DNA of 64,000 nt from Phoronis australis (taxonomy: Eukaryota; Animalia; Phoronida). Below, in pieces: positions 37,369 through 49,417 of the stretch; position 1 is the stretch's first letter, and each line of letters opens with the position of its first letter. The stretch spans positions 214,133-278,132 of the forward strand of contig NMRA01000129.1 in NCBI GenBank assembly GCA_002633005.1. The letters are read 5' to 3'. The notes under the pieces are model-generated. The model saw nothing but the letters and a program-made list of their open reading frames with translations, did not search any database and was not told where the DNA came from. Both the position numbers and the translations under genes were made by a program.

Positions 37369-39280
37369 TACACTTTATTGATTATTCATTTAAGAAATTA
37401 CATGTACATGTACATGCAACCCGCTCATGGAGCGTTGGCCTCGTTTCATAATAATGTCCTGGTATAACTATTCAATTTGTTAAGATGAAAAATAGGAAAT
37501 GTATCAACATTTAATGTACTCGATAGGTCATCATTCGTCGCCACGTGCTATGGCTTTATTAGCCACATCACGCGCGTGCAGCCGGGGAGTGGCTAGGAGG
37601 CAGGGGTGCAGTTTGGTCACCCCGCGACAGACACTGGATGTAATTAGTGTGTTGTGTTCACACTCATTGCTATGAGCTCTATAGATTGTGACCACGGTAT
37701 TGTGATTATTACAAATTTTTGTTGTCGTGGCATTGTACTGTCTGAAAGGATACAGTCTTTAAAGGGACATTGTTTTTAAGGCCGAAAAAGGCATTTCGCC
37801 ATTATTGTTGGACGGGATAGACCTTTTAAAGTTATTTGATTTGATCAGAGCTTAAAACAGTAAAACCCATTGTGGGTTTTGTGGTCTTGTTACAAAAATC
37901 GCCATTTATTGCCGTTGTCTGCGAGATCAGTTCCCTAAAACCAAGGTTGGTGATTGCCACTTTTACGAACTACTCTATCAGTAAGAGAAAGATTTGGTTC
38001 AGTGGCAGAGCGTTTTGCTACAACTGTTTCTGGTTCGAATCCGCACTAGGGCTACTGTCCCTTAGCTTTTTTCTCGCTGATATGTCGCTTTAAATGACTA
38101 TAAGTCTCTCTAGCTAATAATGATACGCCACCTATGTACACATAGCACGTTGTAGTCTGCCGAATGAAACGAGCGGGTGTTGGAGAAGTGCGAGATCTTA
38201 GCTAGTTTGTTACTCTATATGGAAAGGATTATTGCACTTAGTTTCATATTTAGTTTAGAGAAATTTATGATGACGAATTATGTTATTATGAAGAATGACG
38301 TGGTCAAATTAGGCCGGATTCATAATAGAAATGTTTGAAACCAGGCAGCGGAGTAAATGCATTTTTGTCCTTTTTGCATTGAATTCCTTTTTGGCTTCAC
38401 TTAACGTCACCCTTTTTGTAATTTTCAATGTTGTTCTATAAGTCAGCTTGTCAACGGTTGTATGCTATTTGTTAGCAATAAATTGTGCCACCTTTGGTGT
38501 GGACTCCGTCATTATTTATAACACGCCAATACATGCGAACACATACGCATACGTACACATTCATACATCTTGAACTGCATACATGCACGTATATGTACAC
38601 ATGCATGACATTCATCATATACGCGCGCATGCCTACATACTATACATGCCTAACGCTCATATAAGTTTGACTGTAAATCGTCACGGTGTGCGACATTCAA
38701 GTATCAGTAAAATGGTCTGTTGAGTTTGATATCTAAGGTGCTGCTGTATTCGACACCATTGCAACTGTGTTGTTTGGAAATAGTTTTTTTTTTAAATCGT
38801 ACAACATGATGACAGCAACTTAAGTTCCAACAACGGCTGTATACCTACCACAGTTCACTGATCGAAATGAGCCTGATACGAATTCACGTAAGAGGCATAC
38901 GATAATGCATACAAATGGTCACTGCCGTCACACGGCTCGAAATTACGGGCAAAGATCCAGATGCGTTTCGAGCTCACTAATAAGTGCTTTGGCATGTCAG
39001 TGGACATAATTAAGATACAGGTATAAGTAGCGCAGAACGTGTACTGAAGTGTACTGAAGAAACTGCAGCATTCAGTTGGGTGGAATTAATTCGATACTCA
39101 AACTTCACGAGTCAGGAGAGAAGTGATTAATTACTGTCTGGATTGGTTATGAACCCGCGTTAAAGAGGCGTGAAACGTGAAAGCTCGTTAAAAATATCTT
39201 TTACACTGACAATTCCTGACGAAACCACCGTCTCGAAACGTGTTCTATACAGAGTTATCAACTTTCCTTTGTGAGGTAAT

Positions 39281-39335
39281 CGTGGTGTAGTGGTAATGTA
39301 CGCGCGCTCTATCCGTCAGGTCGTGAGTTCGAGTG
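39281..39335 (+). mobile_element. Degenerate tRNA-derived SINE head / tRNA pseudogene
   Basis: A-box-like TGGTGTAGTGG and B-box-like GAGTTCGAGT at tRNA spacing; no complete cloverleaf. Confidence 0.5.
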
Positions 39336-40107
39336 TTTGGTACTTGCATTTTTTTCCTGTTTGACACGTTCTCCGTTTTTTTTTTTTTTGTCTTTTTTTC
39401 TTGGATAATACTTCAGGAATCAAGGAACTATACTTGATTTTTAGAGGTAAAAACAGAAAAATTTCCTGGGCGGGAGGGGGAGGGGGGATCCCCTCTCCCG
39501 ACCTCCCCCCATTCGGTGCTATGCGCATCTACAATCGTGGTTCAGTTTGCGCAAATGCTTCCAGCCGGACAAAATGTTGCCCCCCCCCCCTTATGATATC
39601 CTAGATCCGCCACTGGGCTAAGTGGGCAAAAAGGTCCGCCTCAGAGAAACAAAAAAACCGAGTAAACGAGACAAAGTCCACAGGAAATTCAGCGCAAATG
39701 CACAATTCATAGGCCTGACCTTAGAGCCTCATTTTTAAGTCGTTTTCTTTTTCCAGTACTTGAAAGGTCCACTAACCGAAAAATTGGAGCCCTCATATGT
39801 TTTAGGCTGGGTGGGCGCATGGGGCCCGAAAAGAACGTTTATGATTCCTTGAGACTATGCTCGGCGCACTAAAATGCCGACACGGGCCTTGCAAAAATTG
39901 GAGCCAACTTGGAAGTGTCTGGTCTCCAGCAATAACAACTGTGAGTTCTGTCGATTTGACCTACCAAAAATTTGAGAACAGCAAGCAGTTTGACGTGTGG
40001 ACGCAAGTATGTAGCGGCCAAACGGGATCCCACGTGACCAGGCCGGGTTACCGCCGCTGAGTCAACAACATCCCACCGAAGGAGAGCCGCCCCGAGGATA
40101 TGTGAAT

Positions 40108-40254
40108 TACCTTACTCGTCCGGGTTACCACACATGCTCGGCTAACCGCCCATCCTCGAAATTTTCCATTTTTTTATTTTTAACCGCCCATGCTCGGCTT
40201 ACCGCCAATCCCGTTTCTTAAGCGCCCTGGGCGGTAACCCGAACGAGTACGGTA
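40108..40254. mobile_element. Small MITE
   Basis: 22-bp TIR TACCTTACTCGTCCGGGTTACC / GGTAACCCGAACGAGTACGGTA (2 mismatches); internal AACCGCCCATG repeats. A related end lies at ~19105-19134. Confidence 0.7.
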
Positions 40255-41887
40255 GGTAAATACAGTCCGTAAATACAGTCCAACAGACCACGTTTAACTA
40301 ATAACATTTTTTCATGAAATGTGAAACAGTGACTGTGATTGGTTGCACGAGAATGAATTGTGCTTTCTCAATTTTCAGCACATTTAGACCTTTTTTATTT
40401 ATTGTTTCATTCTTCTATCAAATGTCGTTGTTGTGAACTCCTATTTTACTTACGCGAGTTGGTTGCGATTCGTATATATAGAAAGGGCTCAGTGTCAATC
40501 TTCATTGGTCGTACCTTAGAGACGAACATAATATATAATGAATTATTAATGTTTGGCGCTATTAGTGTGCAAAATATACCAAAATAGACGAGATTTGTTT
40601 GGACGAAGTTTTCTGTGATAAAATTCCTAAATTTGCTTCATTTGCACTAAAAAAAATTCCACCCTAAGCACTATATTCCATAGCAAGAACAATGATTGCA
40701 AACAACTCCCACCGTGGTGGCGCAACCTGTTACGTGAGATCAAAGTTGGCATTCTATTCCAAGAGTTCTACGTTTGGACGTTAGCTTTCCCTGATAACAG
40801 TTCCAAAGCCATCATTAGCCAGTTTATCTAGCCAGGTGAACACAACAGGCTATTTTCATACTAAATTAGTTCATTTTCGCATCCACATTTTGCAAGTATC
40901 AATAAAAGTACTATTAGAAAATATTGTATGAAACTATCAATGTGGTATTGTAACACAATAAGTGCTGCTGCCCTAGACATGGAGTTATGGGAGATTATCT
41001 CAAAGCGTTTGTCCACTGGTCACAGGGGATTGATGACACACGCTGCCACCTGGTTGTAAATAAAGGTACTTCACATGAAAATGTTCATTGTCGTTCATAC
41101 TACACTCTTTCACAGTGATGGGAAAGGCAGCACTGTGGAATGTTGTTTATCATGGCTTCTCACTGGTTAAAATAATTAAACCGAGGTCTTAAAATTCAGT
41201 CATTCCCATTGGTTGAAATCTGGGAAACCCCTTCCAGTTTACTATTACATAGTATGGTGACGACCTTTGACTTGAGTAGTTCCAATTTATTATAACCGGC
41301 AGGGATCGAAATAAACAAAATCAAGAGAACCCCAACAAGTACAGTGCATACAAGGCGTGTGCAAGTGGTAGTGATGTGATCGATAAACTTCCGACAAAAC
41401 ATGTGCCTTGAAGACCGCACATGGAATTCCGTGTTGTGTTCATCACGTTTCCACAGGGCCACTTTTCAGTATAGGTGGTGCTGTGTCAGAGAATAGCTTC
41501 ATACAGGAATGCTGCCTCTCCCTGTAGAGTGCGCTAAGTCATCAGATCATGTGACCAGTAACCCAAGTCTCCTATTGCACATAACATTTTTGGTGACATA
41601 CTGAAACTCAACGTGTGCATGCAGAAGCCGACAGATTGGGTAAAGTTGTCCTCAAATGATCCCCGTCAGGCCATAACACTAGTACAATGGTAGCAGCATC
41701 ATGTTATTGATTGTGAGCCATGTGTTTTTGGATGGTGTGCTGGAGGACACAGATTTAAAGCTAGCTTTAGTTGCAACCTTACCAATTCTGGGTAAATTTT
41801 GATGCTTCAAAAACGAATTGTGACACTTTTTACAGAAAAGATAGAATCACCCAATGGTAACACAAAAAATAGAAAGCAACATGTCAG

Positions 41888-42311
41888 CTAAGTCTGACAA
41901 AGGTGACTTGCACAGCCAACCAAACCCAAAGAGGAAGTCCACAATCCTGTGAAGATAGAGTCCTCCAACAGTAACACAAAAAGAGATAACAACAATGTTT
42001 CACTAAAGTCAGACAAAGTTGACTAACATAACACAAGCCAACCAAACCCAAAGAGGAAGTCCACAATCCTGTGAAGATAGAGTCCTCCAACAGTAACACA
42101 AAAAGAGATAACAACAATGTTTCACTAAAGTCAGGTAAAGTTGACTACCATAACACAAGCCAACCAAACTCAAAGAGGAAGTCCACAATCCTGTAAAGAT
42201 AGAGTCCTCCAACAGTAACACAAAAAGAGATAACAACAATGTTTCACTAAAGTCAGACAAAGTTGACTAACATAACACAAGCCAACCAAACTCAAAGAGG
42301 AAGTCCACAAT
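41888..42311. repeat. 122-bp tandem repeat, ~3.5 copies
   Basis: AGCCAACCAAAC recurs at 41914, 42036, 42158 and 42280; units are nearly identical. Confidence 0.95.
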
Positions 42312-42443
42312 CAGCATGATGCCGATCTCCATTTTTACAACCGAGAACTCGACAAAACTGAGATATGCCCGTAACCGGTGCGGCTACATCCACCTTGTTG
42401 GTTTTCAAATTCACCACATTCATTTCATGAAATCGTCAGAATC

Positions 42444-45400
42444 TCATGGAACCTCGTATGAAGTCGGATCTCTTTTTTCTTTGCTACACCTTTCAACTTT
42501 TTTATTACTATCCGCTACAACCCGAGAACGTGCAGTTTTAGAGCCATGGCAGTTCAGCCGTGTACTACCGTGCATCAGCTCGTGTTCCAAGTCTTTTTTA
42601 AGACGTTTATGCAGTGACAAACCGCATTTTCGCTTTCCAACATCAGCTGATCTTTTGCTGCTGACTACACCATGGTCCTGTGAATGTTTGTTATGATCAC
42701 TGTTAGAAGGAGAGCGACGTTTGAGCTTTTCCACGTGCTTTGGTCCCTTTGACTGTCTTACTAGTCTATCACTGTGCAGTGACCCAACAAGTGTGTTATG
42801 TAAGAATCTTTTGTTGGCTGGAGGTACAGGGCACTTGAGCCTAAAACAATGGTAAATACATTTGTTAAAGTGAGACCGCACATGATTTCAGAAGTCCAAA
42901 CACGTGCAACTTCAAACTTTAAAATGAGCATTTCTAAAAAAATGACCAAATTGTCCATCACTGCCTCAGGATTTACACAAATGTTTTTTAAGCTCTAATT
43001 TTACGAGGTACTAATTGTTTATACTAGGTAGATATGCCAATCGAACATCTTTCCGGCATTATTGGACAAAAAACTGTAAGACTTGTTCTGGTTTGTGAGC
43101 TTGTGGAAAGTGATGCACAAGATTTTTAGCTCTTACTACAAATTTTCAAGAAAAAATTACCCAATGCTTGTGGAAACCTAAATGATGTGTGCAGGCATTT
43201 TTTCTTGGCCACGTGAGAAATTACAAATGTAAATACTTTTAAACAACATTTCAAACAATATCTATTTAGCCTTATTTAAAAAGTGATAACTACAATTTTA
43301 TTTTACTAATTTATCAATTTATTTATTTATATATCTTTATTTGCCATCTATCATGTCATTTCATCCTACAGTCTTTTTCAGCTCTTTTTCACTTATAGCT
43401 ATTTTCTTTCACGATTCATTCCTGTCAGGTAATTATTCACAATTTACTATTTATTCCAAATATTTATATTCTTTAATTTTTCAATTTTAATACAGACCAC
43501 CATGGAAATAAGTTTTTAATTTTTCAGTGTTATTCAGATAGTATACATCAATATTTTAAAATTTTTATACCTTGAACCTAAGTGTATTTACTCATAAACT
43601 AATAATACTAAAATAGTATGCAAATTAGAACTATTTATGCAACTGTCTTTCCAACACATCTGAAAATGATCAATCAATTATAATTTCCTTATTTTTCAAC
43701 AGTGAGATAATTCTGTTATAAAATTAAGTGCGTAAAGTGAGCGTAGCATCAACATTTCTACGAATGACCTAGAAAATGAGGTCAACACTCCGATATTCGA
43801 CTGGCGCCAGGCGATGCCCCTTGTACAACTAATGGCAAAATACAAAAAAATGCAAAGCTCCCTCCTTGAGATATCACGCCAACAAAACTTTCCAAGTAGA
43901 ACTTTTATAGCTACACGTAGCTCTCTTTAGCTAAAAAGACGAGTCAGACTTTTATTGTTATAAAACCTTTCAGTAATCATATTCCTTATCATGACTGAAT
44001 TCAATGACAGTTATCAAATCAAGCCACAGACTAAACGTACATGCGCCATTTTCAAATCCAAGTTAGAATATGTTACTATGGACAATTTCTAGAATCACAG
44101 CACATAGCTTTCTTTGATTTAGAAATTCATTTTATATTAATTTTATATTTTTTAGACCATGCCTTCAGTCTGATTAAGCTGGCAAAATGGCAGGAATGGA
44201 ATGCATTAATTTATCTCTGGTCAAGATAATGGGATTAGACAAATTTCCAACGACAATGTCAGACTACACTTTAAAGCTGTGGAGTCAGTAAAGTGCCCTG
44301 ATAGTCTGGCGACATCAATCTCAGGCATTTGTGGTTCTTTAGATAGTTGAATTTGACCGTGTTCACATTTAGCCGACAGTCTTTAAAAAGGTCACAGTGC
44401 TTTTTGGACTCATCTCCTTAGTTTTCATTCTAAACTGTGAGCTTCGAACAACAATACGACGACTTTGTCATACAGTTGACAACTGAATGCTTGATCCACC
44501 AGCAGACTTACCAGAGAGAAAATACCAGATTACATTCAGTGCCAACGTGTACACCACAAAGACATCAATGAAGAATCATCCACCAAGCTTTCGTTTCTAA
44601 GTGACATAACCGTGCCACATTTTTTGGTAAGTTATTCTAATACGAGCAATTTACGTCCCGCATGTTTAATGTACGAAATCAACATACCAGCCTTTGGGTC
44701 CCATTGTGGAGGACCTCTCTGACCCCCGTGTAGCTTCCCTTAAAAGTGCCTCTCTGGCTAAGCTGAAAAAGTCAGAATAGCCTCATTGCTGGAGCTGATA
44801 CTCATGATTTCTCAAAACAATGGCAGACAATGTCTGTGATATAACTTAATACTGACTTTGTGTTATTATTTGTGAAAAAAGAAAAGAAAATATCAGTAGT
44901 TAGTCACACCGTGTCCTATATTTATGAGATTTTACTGTGGTTTTCAAACAGAGGTGGACAGAGAGGTCAACTGACCTTTCCCTGTTTCACATGCCTGTAA
45001 TGATGAATCATGGGTAGTGTTGCGATTTGTGTCCATATTTCCCAGAATTCATCACTCCAGACATGCGCAATGGGAGACATGAAAGCCTTCCTAGTTAGTC
45101 CCCTCCACAAAATTATGCTCCTTATAAAAACTACAAGTATGCAGGTTAAATGACAGCTTATAAAAACACTTTACATTACGATTTGTAAAAACCATCTGTG
45201 TTAGATCTGAATAGTATTCTATATCACACACATTCAAACTAAAAACACTAATATTTTAAAGTTAACAATACATGATTTTTTTCTAGAAGTCATCTGGAAG
45301 TAGGTCTGTTGATATGTTCATGTCTCTGAACAATGCGTTTTTGATGCGGCCAACCAGGAATGCAGTATTATTAAACATTCAAAAAGAAATAAACCGGCAA

Positions 45401-45551
45401 CAAGACCAGCACCACTACAATTATGACCTGTCATCTTTCAGAATGTAAGAAAATGTTTTCATCTCATTCAAATATTGCTGGTGTGCATTTGTGAAAATTC
45501 CACGAGTTGACATTTTTTCCACTCATACCTTTCCAACTTTTCGTCATCCAT
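42444..45551 (-). CDS. POLR1D: POLR1D isoform 2-like protein (not the AC19 polymerase subunit), 3 coding exons, ~164 aa
   Basis: Exons 45529-45551 (MDDEKLE-AG|gtatga), 44688-44762 (LAREALLREATRGSERSSTMGPKG-TG|gtatgt), 42444-42840 (LKCPVPPANKRFLHNTL...basic, S/R-rich tail). Matches the recalled human POLR1D isoform 2 N-terminus (MEEDQELERKAIEELLKEAKRGKTRAETMGPMGWMKCPLASTNKRFLINTI). An alternative in-frame ATG lies at 45560. Confidence 0.87.
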
Positions 45552-46088
45552 ACTGCCCATAGATGCAATAAGGTTGTCAGTTGATTTGGTTACTCACAAA
45601 CCTCTTCACAACATCAACATGACAGCCAATATTTTCATTTTCTGAAATGCAAAAATAGGATTACTTTGAGATTGTGAGATTTTATAACAACAGAAAAAGC
45701 ACGTAACAAAAGCAAACCCACGATTATTACAAATTCCACGTCCATGGTCAATAAACAACACATTTCAGAAATGTGCACATTTCAGAAATGTGCAGCACTC
45801 CCTCTTTTTTCCAAAGAAGAAGTTTCGAAAAAGCTACCCTTTAAGTGACTATTGCCATTTTCTACTCAAGAGCTTCCCTCATGTACCACCTGCGATCTTT
45901 AATATACTATTACTAGCCAACCGGTACAAATACATTATTCAAAACCGTCATTATGAGAGGATTCAGAAAATAGTAATATCAAGTATGTACTACGTTAATA
46001 GCCATATTCATATTGTAAACAATAACTCTGAGTTTATTTATGCCGGTCAAGGAATAGTGTAACAATAATTTTGTATCAGATTTTATAT

Positions 46089-46373
46089 GGCCGTTAGCTC
46101 TACATGTCAATATAATTTTCATGACGAGGTGAGAAGCAGAACTACCCAGGCGGTGTAAAATTTCGAGGTCTTTGTGAGGTTAACACAGAAGGCTCATTGG
46201 TGTTAGTATTCATTACATAGCTGGCTATATGCGCAGTGCCTAGCTTAGCCAGCCAGCTAGCTGTATGAAAAGTATAGTCTTCGTATAGCTTAGAGCCACA
46301 GATTTCATACTGCCTGGGTAGTTCTGCTCATCAGCTCATCGTGAAATTTATGTGAACATGTTGAGCAAATGGC
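46089..46373. mobile_element. Foldback/MITE-like inverted repeat
   Basis: ~80-bp imperfect arms including AGCAGAACTACCCAGGC / GCCTGGGTAGTTCTGCT. Confidence 0.65.
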
Positions 46374-46983
46374 TGGCGGGGGAGCACAGGAGTCAAACGA
46401 CATGTACTTTGCCCGTTGCAGCTGTTTACGTGAAAAACAATCTCATCATTTTCTTGTATAACTCTCCACCTATTGTAACAAAGAAAAGTCTATCTTCATT
46501 ATTAAAACAGTATGCTCGTGACACGCCCACACGCAATTTCTTAAGTTTTTGCAACATCTCTTAGGAGATGATGGTAGCTTCGCAGCTCAGCAAAACTTAT
46601 TCTGAAATGCGGTTTGCTGGTATTCCTATTACCAAAACCTTATAATGAAATGAAACCATTTCCGTTACATGAAAAAAGAAAAAGGTGATTAAAGAATCGG
46701 CAAAACAAGAATCTGGCCAATAGGTGACACTATATTTCACAGCTCTGAAAGCCAATGCATAAGATCGCTCCCGAACTTTAGCAGCAGAACAATGGTAGAA
46801 TGCCAATTTTTCTAACACTGGTGTATAATCTGAATTACTCTAGGACGAATGTAGTTTTAATGACACTATTTGTGTCATACAGGTATTTTATTTGTCCAGT
46901 TTTTTACTCACATCAGTGCAAAGCTATATATTAGTATAGCTTTGTACCAAAGCCACACCAGAGCCAGTTGCGCGTACATGTAC

Positions 46984-47391
46984 CAGTCTCTCAATAACTT
47001 TAACGATAAATTTTCAAATTTTACATTCGCTTGCGACACTTAGCGAGCTGACGAGGTGTGACATGTGATGCATTTTGATTTAAAAACAAACTCGTTCTTC
47101 CCCGCGTCGTCTGCTGCTTTTACTTCTTGAAAGGAAAACCCGTCAGGGTTAAGTCTCAAACAGCTGGCATACATGATGTGCTGCAAAATTGATGTTAGTA
47201 CTCGTTAGGTCTAATACAGAAGGAGAGATTCATGTAATATGAAAATGACCGATTTTAACCTTGACATGCTGAGTTCAAATAGCATGACTTTGAGACATGC
47301 TCAACCCAGTTCAGTTTTTATCCCTGGATAGTTAAATCCCGCTGGATCTCCTCACACCAAGTTGCAAGTGTAAACAGTTATTGAGAGACTG
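46984..47391. mobile_element. MITE-like element, 408 bp
   Basis: Perfect 16-bp TIR CAGTCTCTCAATAACT / AGTTATTGAGAGACTG; no clear TSD. Confidence 0.6.
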
Positions 47392-47779
47392 CGTCACGTT
47401 CTCCCGGCCAACAGGCCTAAAACATAGTCGGTAAACCAACCCTAGTCCCTATCCCTTGAACCATAGGCACCTTTAATTAGCCATCGACGATATACTATAA
47501 TAAAGAGAATCTCTTTATTTAGGGTATAGTTGAGGGCTGGTTAAATAAAGGTGCCTGTGCTGGAACTTAGTCTTAGACTGAATGACTCAATGAGTGACTG
47601 AAGTCGAGCAGACTTATTGGCTATGAAACAAACTTGGATTCAGAGATCACCACTGTTGATGAACAGCAAACCAGCTTAAACTAAGAACAATAACAATTAA
47701 GAAATCTAAACTTAATTAGCACTTCATTACTATTCAAAGAAAGACAGCTAAGCCCAGTCCCTGCAGTAATGAGCGTAGT

Positions 47780-47970
47780 TTTGATCGCAGTCAGCAACGC
47801 ACAGCAGGAAACAGCTATATACTCCCCTAGCGTACGTTTTGAGAACTACATAAAACGTCAAAAATCGTGAAAAGGAAATGCGAAAATGGCGGAGTCTCAA
47901 ATGAAGTGAATGGAAATAATATTGTTTGGCCTATCTTACTCTCCTAAGAAGATAAAGAATTTGTTTTCTG
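47780..47970 (+). promoter_or_regulatory. Putative KIDINS220 promoter / first non-coding exon
   Basis: Locally CpG-rich, YY1-like AAAATGGCGG at ~47883-47892, and a donor-like gtgagt at ~47970. Divergent from the POLR1D-like gene. Confidence 0.35.
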
Positions 47971-48485
47971 TGAGTACAGGCAATTTAGAGCTTTAATCCA
48001 CTTTCTCTGATCCAGTTGAAAGTTATTGCAATTACTTTTGACTCGGGAAATTTACTTTTTGTTTTCTTCACGTAAGGTCGTAAGGTCGTTAGCTGTCACC
48101 AGTCCAGACACCAGATAATCAATCAGATTTTCATTAGACAGTATCCCTACCCTGGGGCTGGGCTGGCGCTGGTCTCAGACTAAGGGTCAGGCACTGGAAA
48201 CTACATTGAGCTTCCTGGCCACCATTTCCACTTAGGAACACCATCGAACTCCCACTCACTGGCATCGTCTAGATGAGTGACATAGGCAAGCCAATGACCA
48301 TCGCCTCTGTTGGCCCTGATAACTCTCATTACTTGTGTATTTTTACCAGCCGACTGCTGGTTAACGCCACACTTACTGATGGGTTACGCGTCTATTTAGC
48401 GCTGGAGCAGCTTTGTTGATGCAAACCTGTTAGCAGGTTAGTCTTCGTAGACTTCATACAGCTAGCTGACTGACTAGCGTGGGAG

Positions 48486-49417
48486 TAGGCAATGACCATC
48501 GCCTCTGTTGGCCCGAACCAGAGGCGATGTAGAGGCTATAGGCGCTCTGTACGCCGGAAGCTTTTCAGCGAATTATGCCTCGCACCGACTAAACCATCAA
48601 AGTCACGTTGTTATAAATACCTTTTGCGCATAGAGGAACACCTTAGGAGGTTGTCGATGTGTTTAATTCCTTCCAACTCGAACAAATACTCCCGTTATGA
48701 AACTTTTTCTTCGAGCAGTCCCTATTTCAGTTCCCAAAATCGTGAACTCAAAATTTTTGTACTGCGCACGCTCCAACTTTTACCGCGCTCGCTAGGTGGT
48801 TTGACTTCATAACCTCAATAATTTTTAAATAGGCCAAAGGTGAGCCATTGCGGTCTTGTCAGTCAAATGTTCGTTTCCAAAATGCCACCACTTATACTTG
48901 TCTTTAATTGGCGTTACTTGAAACTGATTGTATTTCAATGAATTATTGTTTGTATTTGATAAAAATAAATGCTGTTGATATGACATTTAATAGTCTTTGT
49001 GCACATATTTGACATTTTAATGTTTAACAACACGGCAAATGCACGGCTGGTTCCCGGCAGCACGTACGCGAAGGGCGGGAACTTCAGCTTTCAAAGTTCG
49101 CCGGTAGGTCCGCAACTTCTGACCTTCGGCCTGGTTAAAAAAATGAAAAAGTTGATTTCACGATTTTGGGAACTGAAATAGGGACTGCTCGAAGAAAAAG
49201 TTTCATAACGGGAGTATTTGTTCGAGTTGGAAGGAATTAAACACATCGACAACCTCCTAAGGTGTTCCTCTATGCGCAAAAGGTATTTATAACAACGTGA
49301 CTTTGATGGTTTAGTCGGTGCGAGGCATAATTCGCTGAAAAGCTTCCGGCGTACAGAGCGCCTATAGCCTCTACATCGCCTCTGGTTCGGGCCAACAGAG
49401 GCGATGGTCATTGCCTA
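48486..49417. mobile_element. Non-autonomous DNA transposon, MULE/foldback-like, 932 bp
   Basis: Apparently perfect 261-bp TIRs (48486-48746 and 49157-49417), flanked by a 9-bp TSD GCGTGGGAG (48477-48485 and 49418-49426). No transposase ORF. Confidence 0.9.

Noticed and set aside
41884-42260. Hydrophobic repeated ORFs on the minus strand
   Set aside because: Translations of the 122-bp array; the unit length is not a multiple of 3.
44990-45065. SECIS or C/D snoRNA reading of the intronic hairpin
   Set aside because: GTGATGA is Watson-Crick paired rather than forming a GA/GA quartet, there is no terminal CTGA D box, and the site is intronic.
48492-49411. Two mirror-image 106-aa ORFs with identical N-termini
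   Set aside because: A by-product of the 261-bp TIRs; no recognisable protein.
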